From positions 1 to 64,000 of the IMG/VR virus record IMGVR_UViG_3300044846_005229: a stretch of DNA of 64,000 nt; one strand, 5' to 3'. Position numbers and translations under genes: made by a program. The notes under the pieces are model-generated. The model was not told the origin of the DNA. It saw only the letters and a program-made list of their open reading frames with translations, and searched no databases. Every line of letters begins with the position of its first letter. Position 1 is the first letter of the stretch. Shown here in pieces: positions 47,152 through 55,273 of this stretch.

Positions 47152-47567
47152 TACTCTTTCTCTCCATGTTTCAAATAGTCTGCAATTGCTGTTAAACTGT
47201 GGGAAGCTTCTGAAATTTTTGATGCTATCCAGGGGTCTGAGTTGCTATTGGGGGTGATCATTCCTAAGGAAGTGGCGATACTATCCTGCATTGATTTTAA
47301 CTGGGCAATTAGCATACCGCCATTAGGTTCGAAATCAGCGTCCCCTTCCCCCATGGTAAAAGTCGATGGTTTTGTGATGGGTTCTTTTTCCATACCAGGG
47401 GCAATGGCCATCTTATCCATTGGGGTAAGGTTGGGCTTTTGACCCCCTGATGCTTCACCAGATCTAGTCGCCCTGGAACCTTTAGCACCTTTGGCAGCAT
47501 TCTCCACAAAATTCAAGTCAAAGCCCAAACCTTGGAGACGTTTCCAATCGTACTCAGAAATAGTCAT
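47151..47567 (-). CDS. Hypothetical (candidate head-internal) protein
   Basis: N-terminus EYDWKRLQGLGFDLNFVE nearly identical to 48391..48891. Confidence 0.6.
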   Translation of the reverse strand: MTISEYDWKRLQGLGFDLNFVENAAKGAKGSRATRSGEASGGQKPNLTPMDKMAIAPGMEKEPITKPSTFTMGEGDADFEPNGGMLIAQLKSMQDSIATSLGMITPNSNSDPWIASKISEASHSLTAIADYLKHGEKE

Positions 47568-47657
47568 TTTATCTCAGGAAGTAATTAATGTTACCCTGTG
47601 CGCGACAAGGATGCAATGCCAGGGGGCTCAATTAACATAAAAAATACCGTGGGTCAC

Positions 47658-48377
47658 CTAGCGAGGCCACCATTTAAATAATTTCCGGAGCGGTGATGGC
47701 TGAATGAACCGTGTCCTCATAATTTCAGAAATCTCTAAGTATAGGCCCTCCAATGTGTCCTTATTGCTTTTTATTGTTAAATCAAATTTATTCCTCTCTT
47801 CAGTACCATACTGAACTGACAAGATTCCAATTGGCAAATTACCCACTTTAACCATCCTATTATAGAAACAGTCAATCCCATTCCTAGACAGATAGTCCTT
47901 ACAAGCTTGGGGCAACTCCTCACTAAATTTCACAGTCAACCAATCATTTTCCTTAATCATGGCTTCAATTTCCCTTATGAAACTGCCTATTTGAATATCC
48001 TTTACCGGAGAAGCCATAGCAGCGCTATCTTTAGCTGTGTAGGTATTGGTGGTGGACATTTTTTGGAGGTGGTACCCCGTAAAATCAACTTGTCCATTAT
48101 GGAAGGAACACAAAATAACCCTAGAAGCATTAGTTATGATACCAATTTGAGCCAAACAAGTGTTGATTTCCTTTTCTTTCTCGATATGATTTAGAAAGAC
48201 ATCCAGTTTATTTATAGTCCTAGGGGCAATCACCTTAGTAACAAGGGCCCAAAGGGCAAACCCAAGGAACAACACGGAATCGCCGGTAAAAGTGAAATTG
48301 ACTGGGGCTTGGGGGGCAGGTTGAGGAGCAGGTTGCGGAGCAGGGGCTCCTTGTCTGATATTGGTTAGAGTGGTCAT
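47658..48377 (-). CDS. Putative holin (single TM plus GAF-like domain, T4 T-like architecture)
   Basis: Likely start MTTLT at 48377; TM SVLFLGFALWALV; ASRVILCSFHNG...QKMS...GILSVQY GAF-like region. Confidence 0.4.
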   Translation of the reverse strand: MTTLTNIRQGAPAPQPAPQPAPQAPVNFTFTGDSVLFLGFALWALVTKVIAPRTINKLDVFLNHIEKEKEINTCLAQIGIITNASRVILCSFHNGQVDFTGYHLQKMSTTNTYTAKDSAAMASPVKDIQIGSFIREIEAMIKENDWLTVKFSEELPQACKDYLSRNGIDCFYNRMVKVGNLPIGILSVQYGTEERNKFDLTIKSNKDTLEGLYLEISEIMRTRFIQPSPLRKLFKWWPR

Positions 48378-48390
48378 AGAATTTGGTAAA

Positions 48391-48891
48391 TTATTTGGTT
48401 TGAGAGTGCTTTTTCCAAAGGTCGTTATCAGCCTGGCGAGCCTTACCAACTCCTGTAATAAATGAATTCACTCTGGCTAATGCCCATTGCTGCGGGGATA
48501 CTCCGGGTCGGTGGCCGGAACGCCATGCTGCGATCCCCCTACTGTATACTTCTCCCAGAATACTAGTAGAAATGCCAGACTTTTCCGATTTTGCTTTTAG
48601 TGCTTTGCTAGACCCCTCTGAATACTTATCATCGAAGGCTTTAGTTGCGGGGGATTCAGGGATTTTTTTGTTTCTTTTTCTGAACTTATCGTCAGATTCC
48701 CAATCTTTGTATAGGTCTTTGGGTGATACTCTAGGGTCTTTAGCCTTTTGCATTGTATCTTTGGCTTCTTCCTTGGCGATTGTTTGTTCCTTAGGGGTCA
48801 ATCCTTTTTTATACCTGGCGGGTAGGGCCATCTCTACAAACTGCAAATCAAAGCCAAGACCTTGTAGGCGGTTCCAGTCGTATTCCATCAA
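48391..48891 (-). CDS. DUF5824-like phage protein
   Basis: KSGISTSILGEVYSRGIAAWRSGHRPGVSPQQWALARVNSF. Confidence 0.6.
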   Translation of the reverse strand: MMEYDWNRLQGLGFDLQFVEMALPARYKKGLTPKEQTIAKEEAKDTMQKAKDPRVSPKDLYKDWESDDKFRKRNKKIPESPATKAFDDKYSEGSSKALKAKSEKSGISTSILGEVYSRGIAAWRSGHRPGVSPQQWALARVNSFITGVGKARQADNDLWKKHSQTK

Positions 48892-49604
48892 TTGCCATCC
48901 GGTAAACCACTACCACCATTTTCAAGCCTTTGCCTGACAGTTTCCGGTAAACCAGATTCCCATTTGTTTTTGATCGCGATGCGGATGATAGCAGCCATGA
49001 CTTTACGTGGATCAGCAGTGCGACCTACGGATGACCATGCAGCAGCGACATCTTGGGGACTGGCAATTGGGAAAGACATTCCGGGGCCTGCGAATTCCCC
49101 CTTTGTTTTTTCTGCCTTTAGTTTTTCCCTGGACTCAGCATCCCATTCCCTGAATTTTGCTGAATTGCCTGATTTCGCGTTACATGAGCTACATTTACAA
49201 TTACCCGATTGGCAAGACTTGCATCCGCCTTCTTTGAACGGTTGGGGGATTGACATCAGTTCAGTATCGTCTGCAAAATTATATTCTTTTCTTTTAAGTT
49301 CTTTGAAAGAATCCATTCTAGCTTTGCGGCGACCCATGATTTCCTTCATGGCATCAGCTCCGTCAGCGTGGCTATCATAGTCCCTATTGACTAGGTTGGC
49401 CCTCCGTTCTCTGATGGCCTTATTGCCCTTTAGAATAGCCTCCTTGTGCATCGACAAGCCACCTTCAGGAGTGGGGGACCATTTACGGCCGATTTTATTC
49501 CTTTTCATCAACTGATCAGTAGAAATGGCATTACTGGCATTTAACTGTCCCCCGACACCCGGCAAGAGTACAGAGGAGAAATCCATGTGTTCTCCGTAAG
49601 GCAT
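48888..49604 (-). CDS. Hypothetical protein with DUF6582-like C-terminal domain
   Basis: FAGPGMSFPIASPQDVAAAWSSVGR...IIRIA. Confidence 0.55.
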   Translation of the reverse strand: MPYGEHMDFSSVLLPGVGGQLNASNAISTDQLMKRNKIGRKWSPTPEGGLSMHKEAILKGNKAIRERRANLVNRDYDSHADGADAMKEIMGRRKARMDSFKELKRKEYNFADDTELMSIPQPFKEGGCKSCQSGNCKCSSCNAKSGNSAKFREWDAESREKLKAEKTKGEFAGPGMSFPIASPQDVAAAWSSVGRTADPRKVMAAIIRIAIKNKWESGLPETVRQRLENGGSGLPDGN

Positions 49605-49629
49605 AAGAGTAGTTAGAAACTTATTTCTT

Positions 49630-49950
49630 TTACCCTTTGCCTTCGGTATTTGTATCTGAGTTGCTATCTAAACTATTGTCCTTATTGTTTGACTTACCGG
49701 AACTCCCCCTGGCAGCCATTCCCAAAGCAGCAGCGGGTACTAGCAACGCTAAAAAGACATTGGCTGCGGATTTGGCAGTTTCGGAGAAACTATCGGATAT
49801 TCCTAAGCAAAAAGCTGAGTAGGAGTCATTTGGTGATTTCCTTAGGTTATTGCGGCACGATATATTTTCATACCCTATCATGGCAATTTGTGCTACAAAA
49901 ATAGCCACCAAAGCTTTAACTAAAAATGCCCTCTCGTTGAATTCTTTCAT
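49630..49950 (-). CDS. Small membrane protein (two hydrophobic segments, two Cys)
   Basis: 106 aa; GGGTAAA 24 nt upstream. Confidence 0.55.
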   Translation of the reverse strand: MKEFNERAFLVKALVAIFVAQIAMIGYENISCRNNLRKSPNDSYSAFCLGISDSFSETAKSAANVFLALLVPAAALGMAARGSSGKSNNKDNSLDSNSDTNTEGKG

Positions 49951-50000
49951 TGCCCTACAGCGAATCTACTTAGATTTACCCTTTGCTGACTGGTTAATTC

Positions 50001-50168
50001 TCAAAGATAGCGCATCCCTTCGATTACTTCGGGTGATACTTTACCTGAACTCTTTAATTCTTGGGCTGCCTTAAGGAGGGTTTGAGCCTTTCCTAAATCA
50101 GCAGGGTCTCTGCGGGCGACTTTATAAGCCCCCATTAATTTTTGGTATTTTTTATCGGATTCAGACAT
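50001..50168 (-). CDS. Small helical protein (55 aa), paralogue of 6027..6206
   Basis: Hand-translated MSESDKKYQKLMGAYKVARRDPADLGKAQTLL...MRYL; starts 11 nt after kinase 3 stop. Confidence 0.65.
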   Translation of the reverse strand: MSESDKKYQKLMGAYKVARRDPADLGKAQTLLKAAQELKSSGKVSPEVIEGMRYL

Positions 50169-50179
50169 TTTACTTGCCA

Positions 50180-51379
50180 TCAGACCCCATCATATAGAAG
50201 GTCAATGTATTTCTTAGCCTGTATGTCAGAGATTTTTGACCAGGATGAGTTGGTATTGAAATACTCATCTTTTTGCCTAATGTTGGTATTTTGAAATTTT
50301 CTAACGTCAGAATCTGACAAACTATCGGCTTTCATGGCTTCTACTACTGTTCTGATATTTGAACTAATTAAGTTAAAAATTTTTCCCCTACCATAGGCAT
50401 CCAATTGTCGTTCAGCTTCAAAGTCTGCCCCCGTCCTACTAGCACCACCTAAAGCCTCTGCAAGAGCTGCTTTACGGGAAACCTGGGCTAGCCCTAAGTC
50501 AACGAATCTTGCCACACCCTTACTATCAATCATCGTATTACCACCGTGGGTATCATTATGGGCTACACCCAACCTGTGAATTTTAGCCCTAGCTGTCCAG
50601 TAAGCGTCCCTTGTCTCTATGCCATTGACGACGTTGGGGGACTTGCCAAGCCGGGTCCCTTGTACCACCCCCATCGCGATTCTGCCTGTGGCCACCATGT
50701 ATTTTCCAGCCCCGAACTCTCCGTGCTGGGCAGCAATAAATTTAGGTCCCATGTTAGCTTTGCCGACAATCTTGAGAGCTTCTGCTTCATGGAGACCTAT
50801 TTCCCCAGCCTTAATACCTACATTCCTACCTAACGCACCGTTCGGAACTTTGAAGAACGCTCCAAACATGCCCTCACCCATTTGAACTGCATTAGGGTTA
50901 CCTACGGCGTTCCAATCAATGGATTTAGCTGCTTTACTACCGTCAACGTCCCTAAGTTTGAAACCAGGGGCGTCTATTACGTCGTAGACTTCTTTAGCTT
51001 TTGCGGGGAGGTTAACTACGGGGGCCTTAGCCGTGGGTTTTGCTACTTGGACTTCTGCTGCGGGCTTTGCCATGGGGGCCTTAGCCGCCGGAACCTTCGC
51101 TACCGGTTTTGCTACTTGGACTTCTGCTGCGGGGGGGCCCACTAGTGGTAACTTACGTTGGGCCAATATCTGATTAGCAACCTTAGTAATCACGGGGTTT
51201 AAAGCCCAAGGGATATCAACCATACAAACATGGTAGCCAGGGATACAGGACGCCCCGCAAGATTTACCCATCTTGCACTTTTTTTTCTTTAATTTAGGCA
51301 AATCAGAGCCACCTAGCCTAGCTATTTGGCCCCTCTTAGCGGCATTAATTTGAGCTTCTGTTCTTCCTAGGACTGCCAT
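50180..51379 (-). CDS. Cys4-module protein with protein-kinase-like domain (kinase 3)
   Basis: CKMGKSCGASCIPGYHVC; GEGMFG, GIKAG, HNDTHGGN, FVDLG; duplicated PAAEVQVAKP linker. Confidence 0.75.
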   Translation of the reverse strand: MAVLGRTEAQINAAKRGQIARLGGSDLPKLKKKKCKMGKSCGASCIPGYHVCMVDIPWALNPVITKVANQILAQRKLPLVGPPAAEVQVAKPVAKVPAAKAPMAKPAAEVQVAKPTAKAPVVNLPAKAKEVYDVIDAPGFKLRDVDGSKAAKSIDWNAVGNPNAVQMGEGMFGAFFKVPNGALGRNVGIKAGEIGLHEAEALKIVGKANMGPKFIAAQHGEFGAGKYMVATGRIAMGVVQGTRLGKSPNVVNGIETRDAYWTARAKIHRLGVAHNDTHGGNTMIDSKGVARFVDLGLAQVSRKAALAEALGGASRTGADFEAERQLDAYGRGKIFNLISSNIRTVVEAMKADSLSDSDVRKFQNTNIRQKDEYFNTNSSWSKISDIQAKKYIDLLYDGV

Positions 51380-51406
51380 TGAAATTAGGGTATTTATGCT
51401 TTAAAT

Positions 51407-52039
51407 TTACCCAATTTGCTCTTTGTCGTTGTATTCCCCGTCTTCATCTTCATCATCTTCATCATCATCGTCGTCCTCATCATCATTACCGTCTTCATCA
51501 CTACCTTCGCTAAGGATCTCATCGATTAGGGTATCAATTTCATCTTCATTTAGTTCTTCTTCCCCTTCGACTTCGGACTCCCCATAAGGGTCTTCTTCGT
51601 ATTGAGTTTCGTTGTCGTTGTCGTCAGAGTCACTTTCTGCGTCATCGTCAGAATCGCCCTCATCCGAACCCCAAATCTCTTCAGAAAGGCGTTCAAATTC
51701 TTCATCGGTTAGGAATGTTGAGTTTTCATCTGAATCTTTAATATCATCGGCATCTTCGGCATCGTCATCAACTTCACCGGCACCATCGTCTGGGCTAGCC
51801 GGAAAATAATCGTCGGGATTGAATGGCTGGTTGGGTTTAAAGTCACGGGACATACCATCATTAGCCTTCCAAAGCCCGGTATGCTGAATCCAGGGAGAGG
51901 TATTATGGACTACGTTAGTTGGCAACCCATTAATAGGGTCAATTTCGTGATCTTCAGGGTTTGACAATTGAGCTGCATAAGCTGCGCGGAAAGCTTCAAT
52001 GGCATCCTGTTCAAAATCGCCGTTGATTCTATTCGTCAT
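51407..52039 (-). CDS. Highly acidic protein (Asp/Glu-rich C-terminal half)
   Basis: DDEDDDDDEDDEDEDGEY tracts; N-terminal FEQDAIEAF. Confidence 0.65.
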   Translation of the reverse strand: MTNRINGDFEQDAIEAFRAAYAAQLSNPEDHEIDPINGLPTNVVHNTSPWIQHTGLWKANDGMSRDFKPNQPFNPDDYFPASPDDGAGEVDDDAEDADDIKDSDENSTFLTDEEFERLSEEIWGSDEGDSDDDAESDSDDNDNETQYEEDPYGESEVEGEEELNEDEIDTLIDEILSEGSDEDGNDDEDDDDDEDDEDEDGEYNDKEQIG

Positions 52040-52210
52040 TTGTTTGAGGGGGTCGGTATTGGGGAGTTTAAGTGTTGGGGGGGGGTGTTGGGGGTGTTGG
52101 GCCCTGGTCCATTCAGCTTTCAGTTTTTAGGCTTATTTCAGCAAATGTTGAAAGTGTACCCCGAGACATACTTAGACCAATGATTATTACCCATCGTGCT
52201 GGCGGTGGGG

Positions 52211-52570
52211 TCACCACTTTTCAATTTTACCAGAGATATCTTGCAATAACTTGCTATTGCCTTGGAGTTTCTCTTCATATTGCCTTATGGTGGCCTTGAC
52301 TTCGGCCTTTAATTTACCCTCTTTAATGAGACGTTCCTTTCTCTCATCGTCGGTTTCTTCCTTTTCAGCATGATTTCCGTCAGCATCATGATTTCCGTCG
52401 GCATTGTCAGCATCATCAATAACCACGGGGTGAATCTCATGAGTTAACCTATCTAGGAGTTTATCCATAGAGTCTTTCAAGCCTTTCCTACATACGGAAT
52501 CGGCAGAAATTTCCATGGGGCCGCAAGGAATCCTGTATAAGTCTCTAATTTTAGCCTCAGTTTTGTCCAT
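52211..52570 (-). CDS. Hypothetical protein
   Basis: 119 aa; DADGNH duplication. Confidence 0.55.
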   Translation of the reverse strand: MDKTEAKIRDLYRIPCGPMEISADSVCRKGLKDSMDKLLDRLTHEIHPVVIDDADNADGNHDADGNHAEKEETDDERKERLIKEGKLKAEVKATIRQYEEKLQGNSKLLQDISGKIEKW

Positions 52571-52571
52571 G

Positions 52572-52907
52572 TCAAGCCCCTTCTCTAGGTTTTAAAATCC
52601 ATTCATTTTCGTAATCCGTGTAATGGATACCTTTTCTTTTTTCTAATCTCCTGGCAGGGTCTTTCTTGTTGGCTTCCCTCATACCGTTTACCATGGTGTC
52701 CCTCATGGCCCTAAGTTTTTCCTTAGGCACTTCACAGTGTGGGCTGTCCCTGTAGCTTCTATACCATTTACAAACTTCTGAGGGGTCATCAGATTGCAAC
52801 ATCATGTTCCAGATTCCCATTTCTTGATTGCCCGATAATGTATTGGGAGGTAGTTTTCCTTCTAGGTCTTCACGGGGCGGTCTATTAAATCTTGTGTCTC
52901 TTCTCAT
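52572..52907 (-). CDS. Hypothetical protein
   Basis: 111 aa. Confidence 0.55.
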   Translation of the reverse strand: MRRDTRFNRPPREDLEGKLPPNTLSGNQEMGIWNMMLQSDDPSEVCKWYRSYRDSPHCEVPKEKLRAMRDTMVNGMREANKKDPARRLEKRKGIHYTDYENEWILKPREGA

Positions 52908-53086
52908 TGGGTAGCTACCAGTAGGGCTTCCATTAGTTCATTTTTGATAAACTCAGATGATTCCATGTCCCCTCTTTTTCTCTCTAAATCGGATAAGGCA
53001 GACAGGGCTTTTGCATATTTATCGAAGTTTTCTTTATCGGAAGGTGCCTTACGAATTAAGACCTGGGCTTTTTCGATGCTATCCAT
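52904..53086 (-). CDS. Small helical protein downstream of the zincin gene
   Basis: 60 aa, starts 3 nt after the zincin stop. Confidence 0.55.
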   Translation of the reverse strand: MDSIEKAQVLIRKAPSDKENFDKYAKALSALSDLERKRGDMESSEFIKNELMEALLVATQ

Positions 53087-53089
53087 AGT

Positions 53090-53971
53090 TTATCTCAGTA
53101 AGTTCCCTTCCCTTAGAACAGACTCCACCAGTTCATATTCTGCTGGAAAAAGTTTTTTCATTTTGGGTCCAGCGAATATGTAACTTGAGAATAGCTCAGC
53201 ATAGTGCTCTAGTTGATTTGTTTTACTGTACGTGCTAACTCTTTTGAAGCTATCGGGAATTCCAACTTCTTTCGCTTTGAAGTGGGCGTGGTGCCCTAGT
53301 TCGTGAACTAATGTCACCAGTGTATTATTGCTGGCTGACCCTGGAGCTTTACCCATAGTATGTGGCAGTTCTTTACCTTGGGCGGCACTGGATAAATGCT
53401 TTTCGGCAGTGGCCTTGATTTTCTTTACTTGTGGGGTAAACCCTGGAGCTGACCGAATAACTGTGACCCCTTCTTTATACGCTAACCCGCCCCAAGTCTT
53501 ATTGTAGATTTTCTGCGAGATGGTGAAATCTGGGTTTTTGAAGTACCCCGAAAATGCGCTTCTGAAGGCTTCTTTGTTGCCTGCAATGTCCTTCCAGTCC
53601 ATGAATAGGGTCTTAGTCTTATTGAAAATCCTCTGGAGAACTTCTACTCTGCGAGGGGCGTCTGGGTCCAGGTTTTTTAAATCCCGGATGGCGCCCATGA
53701 TGGAGTTCCTGTTAAAGTCTATCTTTAGGTCGGGGTGAGCTTTTACTTCGCCACTTCTCATTAGCTTGATGAATTTCCCAAGGGAATCTGCAATATATGG
53801 GCTTAATTCAACTCTGCAAACTAAACCCCGTTGAATGCAAGTTGAGCGACAAGATTTCCCTAAAGAACATCTTTTCTTCCCGGACCCCCCCCATCTCTGG
53901 GGTGCGCCTAGGTGCTGAATAGTTCCAGCAATTGCAAAATCAAATTCTTTAGGGTTATCTATTTCGATCAT
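53090..53971 (-). CDS. Cys4-module protein with zincin metallopeptidase domain
   Basis: CSLGKSCRSTCIQRGLVC; HELGH (HExxH); STYSKTNQLEHYAELF (third ligand region). Confidence 0.75.
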   Translation of the reverse strand: MIEIDNPKEFDFAIAGTIQHLGAPQRWGGSGKKRCSLGKSCRSTCIQRGLVCRVELSPYIADSLGKFIKLMRSGEVKAHPDLKIDFNRNSIMGAIRDLKNLDPDAPRRVEVLQRIFNKTKTLFMDWKDIAGNKEAFRSAFSGYFKNPDFTISQKIYNKTWGGLAYKEGVTVIRSAPGFTPQVKKIKATAEKHLSSAAQGKELPHTMGKAPGSASNNTLVTLVHELGHHAHFKAKEVGIPDSFKRVSTYSKTNQLEHYAELFSSYIFAGPKMKKLFPAEYELVESVLREGNLLR

Positions 53972-54070
53972 TAGTCCTCGTACCTGCCTATGGGGAATTT
54001 AATAGATGACGGGGTATATAGTAGTCTATGAATAAGATTTACCCAGAGTCACACTAACTCCCCCCACCCA

Positions 54071-54892
54071 TTAAGCTTCGTATGCCTCCAAGATTTCTGC
54101 TATGATGCCGTTCCTGACGATGTCCCCTCTTTCAAATTTAACTCTCCCCACCCCTCTAATGGAGGAAAGCCGGTGATAGCAATCTAAAAGTCCATTTTCA
54201 GGTTTAAATACATCTAAGTCAATTTGCCTTGTGTCACCTGTAATGACAACTTTCGAGTCTTTTCCAACCCTACTGAGGACGGTTTTAACATTTTCTGGTA
54301 ATGAGTTTTGGGCCTCATCAAAAAGAATTAGGCACTCATTTAGTGATCTCCCCCTCAAATCCTCTAGGAGTGTGGGTTCTACAATCTTTTTATCTACAAG
54401 GTAATCCGCAGCCCCCTTGCTTCTAGTCATTACAACCAAATTGTCATAAACAGGTCCCACCAGTGGCTTCATTTTTTCTTCCAGGGTTCCAGGAAGAGCC
54501 CCCCTATTTCTTTGGTGAGAACAGCCTACGTCACTTCTAATGTAATAAATTTTTTGAATGTTACCCTTAGAAATTTCACTTAATCCCCACCATAGCGCCA
54601 CTAAGGTTTTTCCAACTCCTGATGGGCCTATAGCAATGGTGACTGTATTCTTATTTAAAGAAGACCACAAGTCCTCCTGATGGTTTGTTTTCGGGTAAAA
54701 GGGTAGAACATCCATTCCCCTATAAGAGTGCTCAACCATTTGGGCGGACTCTGCGCGGCGCGATTTGCGCTTGTCTTTTGATCTCAACATTTGGTAAAGA
54801 GGGTTAATGACAACTGTGGATAACGTGTATGCTTCGTTGCTAATTTGGATTACATGGTCCTCACCCCCTTCTAAACTAATAGGCAGAGTCAT
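54071..54892 (-). CDS. phoH: PhoH-family ATPase
   Basis: GPSGVGKT, LPGTLEEKMKP, LRGRSL, DEAQN, TGDTRQID, DIVRNG. Confidence 0.93.
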   Translation of the reverse strand: MTLPISLEGGEDHVIQISNEAYTLSTVVINPLYQMLRSKDKRKSRRAESAQMVEHSYRGMDVLPFYPKTNHQEDLWSSLNKNTVTIAIGPSGVGKTLVALWWGLSEISKGNIQKIYYIRSDVGCSHQRNRGALPGTLEEKMKPLVGPVYDNLVVMTRSKGAADYLVDKKIVEPTLLEDLRGRSLNECLILFDEAQNSLPENVKTVLSRVGKDSKVVITGDTRQIDLDVFKPENGLLDCYHRLSSIRGVGRVKFERGDIVRNGIIAEILEAYEA

Positions 54893-54937
54893 TTGTGAAA
54901 GGGAACTCTACGACCTTATTTTACCCTGCCCCCTGGC

Positions 54938-54959
54938 AAAAAGCCCCCGTTAGAGGGCT
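54938..54959 (-). terminator. Rho-independent terminator
   Basis: AGCCCTC-TAAC-GGGGGCT followed by TTTT on minus strand, just before the GGGTAAA motif of phoH. Confidence 0.6.
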
Positions 54960-55011
54960 AATGCATCAGAGAGACCACCATTTATCGTGGTTGAGCAACC
55001 ACTCTATGTAC

Positions 55012-55215
55012 TCATTCATGGACCCTTTCGACGAATAAGTCAAATCCATTAGCGCCACCACACCATCGGGAGTAGGAGTCTTTCGGGATTGTGTATTGGG
55101 GTCTTTTTTTCGCTTGATCAAGGTACTTATCCGAGGCAAGGTCTGTAATGAGGCAACGAGTGCCGTGAAGCTCCTGCATGATAGCAGGGTTTTTGTCAGT
55201 TGGTGAAATAGCCAT
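55012..55215 (-). CDS. Small hypothetical protein
   Basis: 67-aa frame preferred over overlapping 54966..55277 on composition; uncertain. Confidence 0.4.
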   Translation of the reverse strand: MAISPTDKNPAIMQELHGTRCLITDLASDKYLDQAKKRPQYTIPKDSYSRWCGGANGFDLFVERVHE

Positions 55216-55273
55216 TTTGATACTGTTGGTAACAACAGCAACTTTTTATGCGGTTGCGAATCGCAATTTGCCA

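Noticed and set aside
52048-52101. G-quadruplex-forming G tracts on plus strand
   Set aside because: More simply explained as Pro-Thr codons (CCC/CCA ACA) on the minus strand; no independent support.
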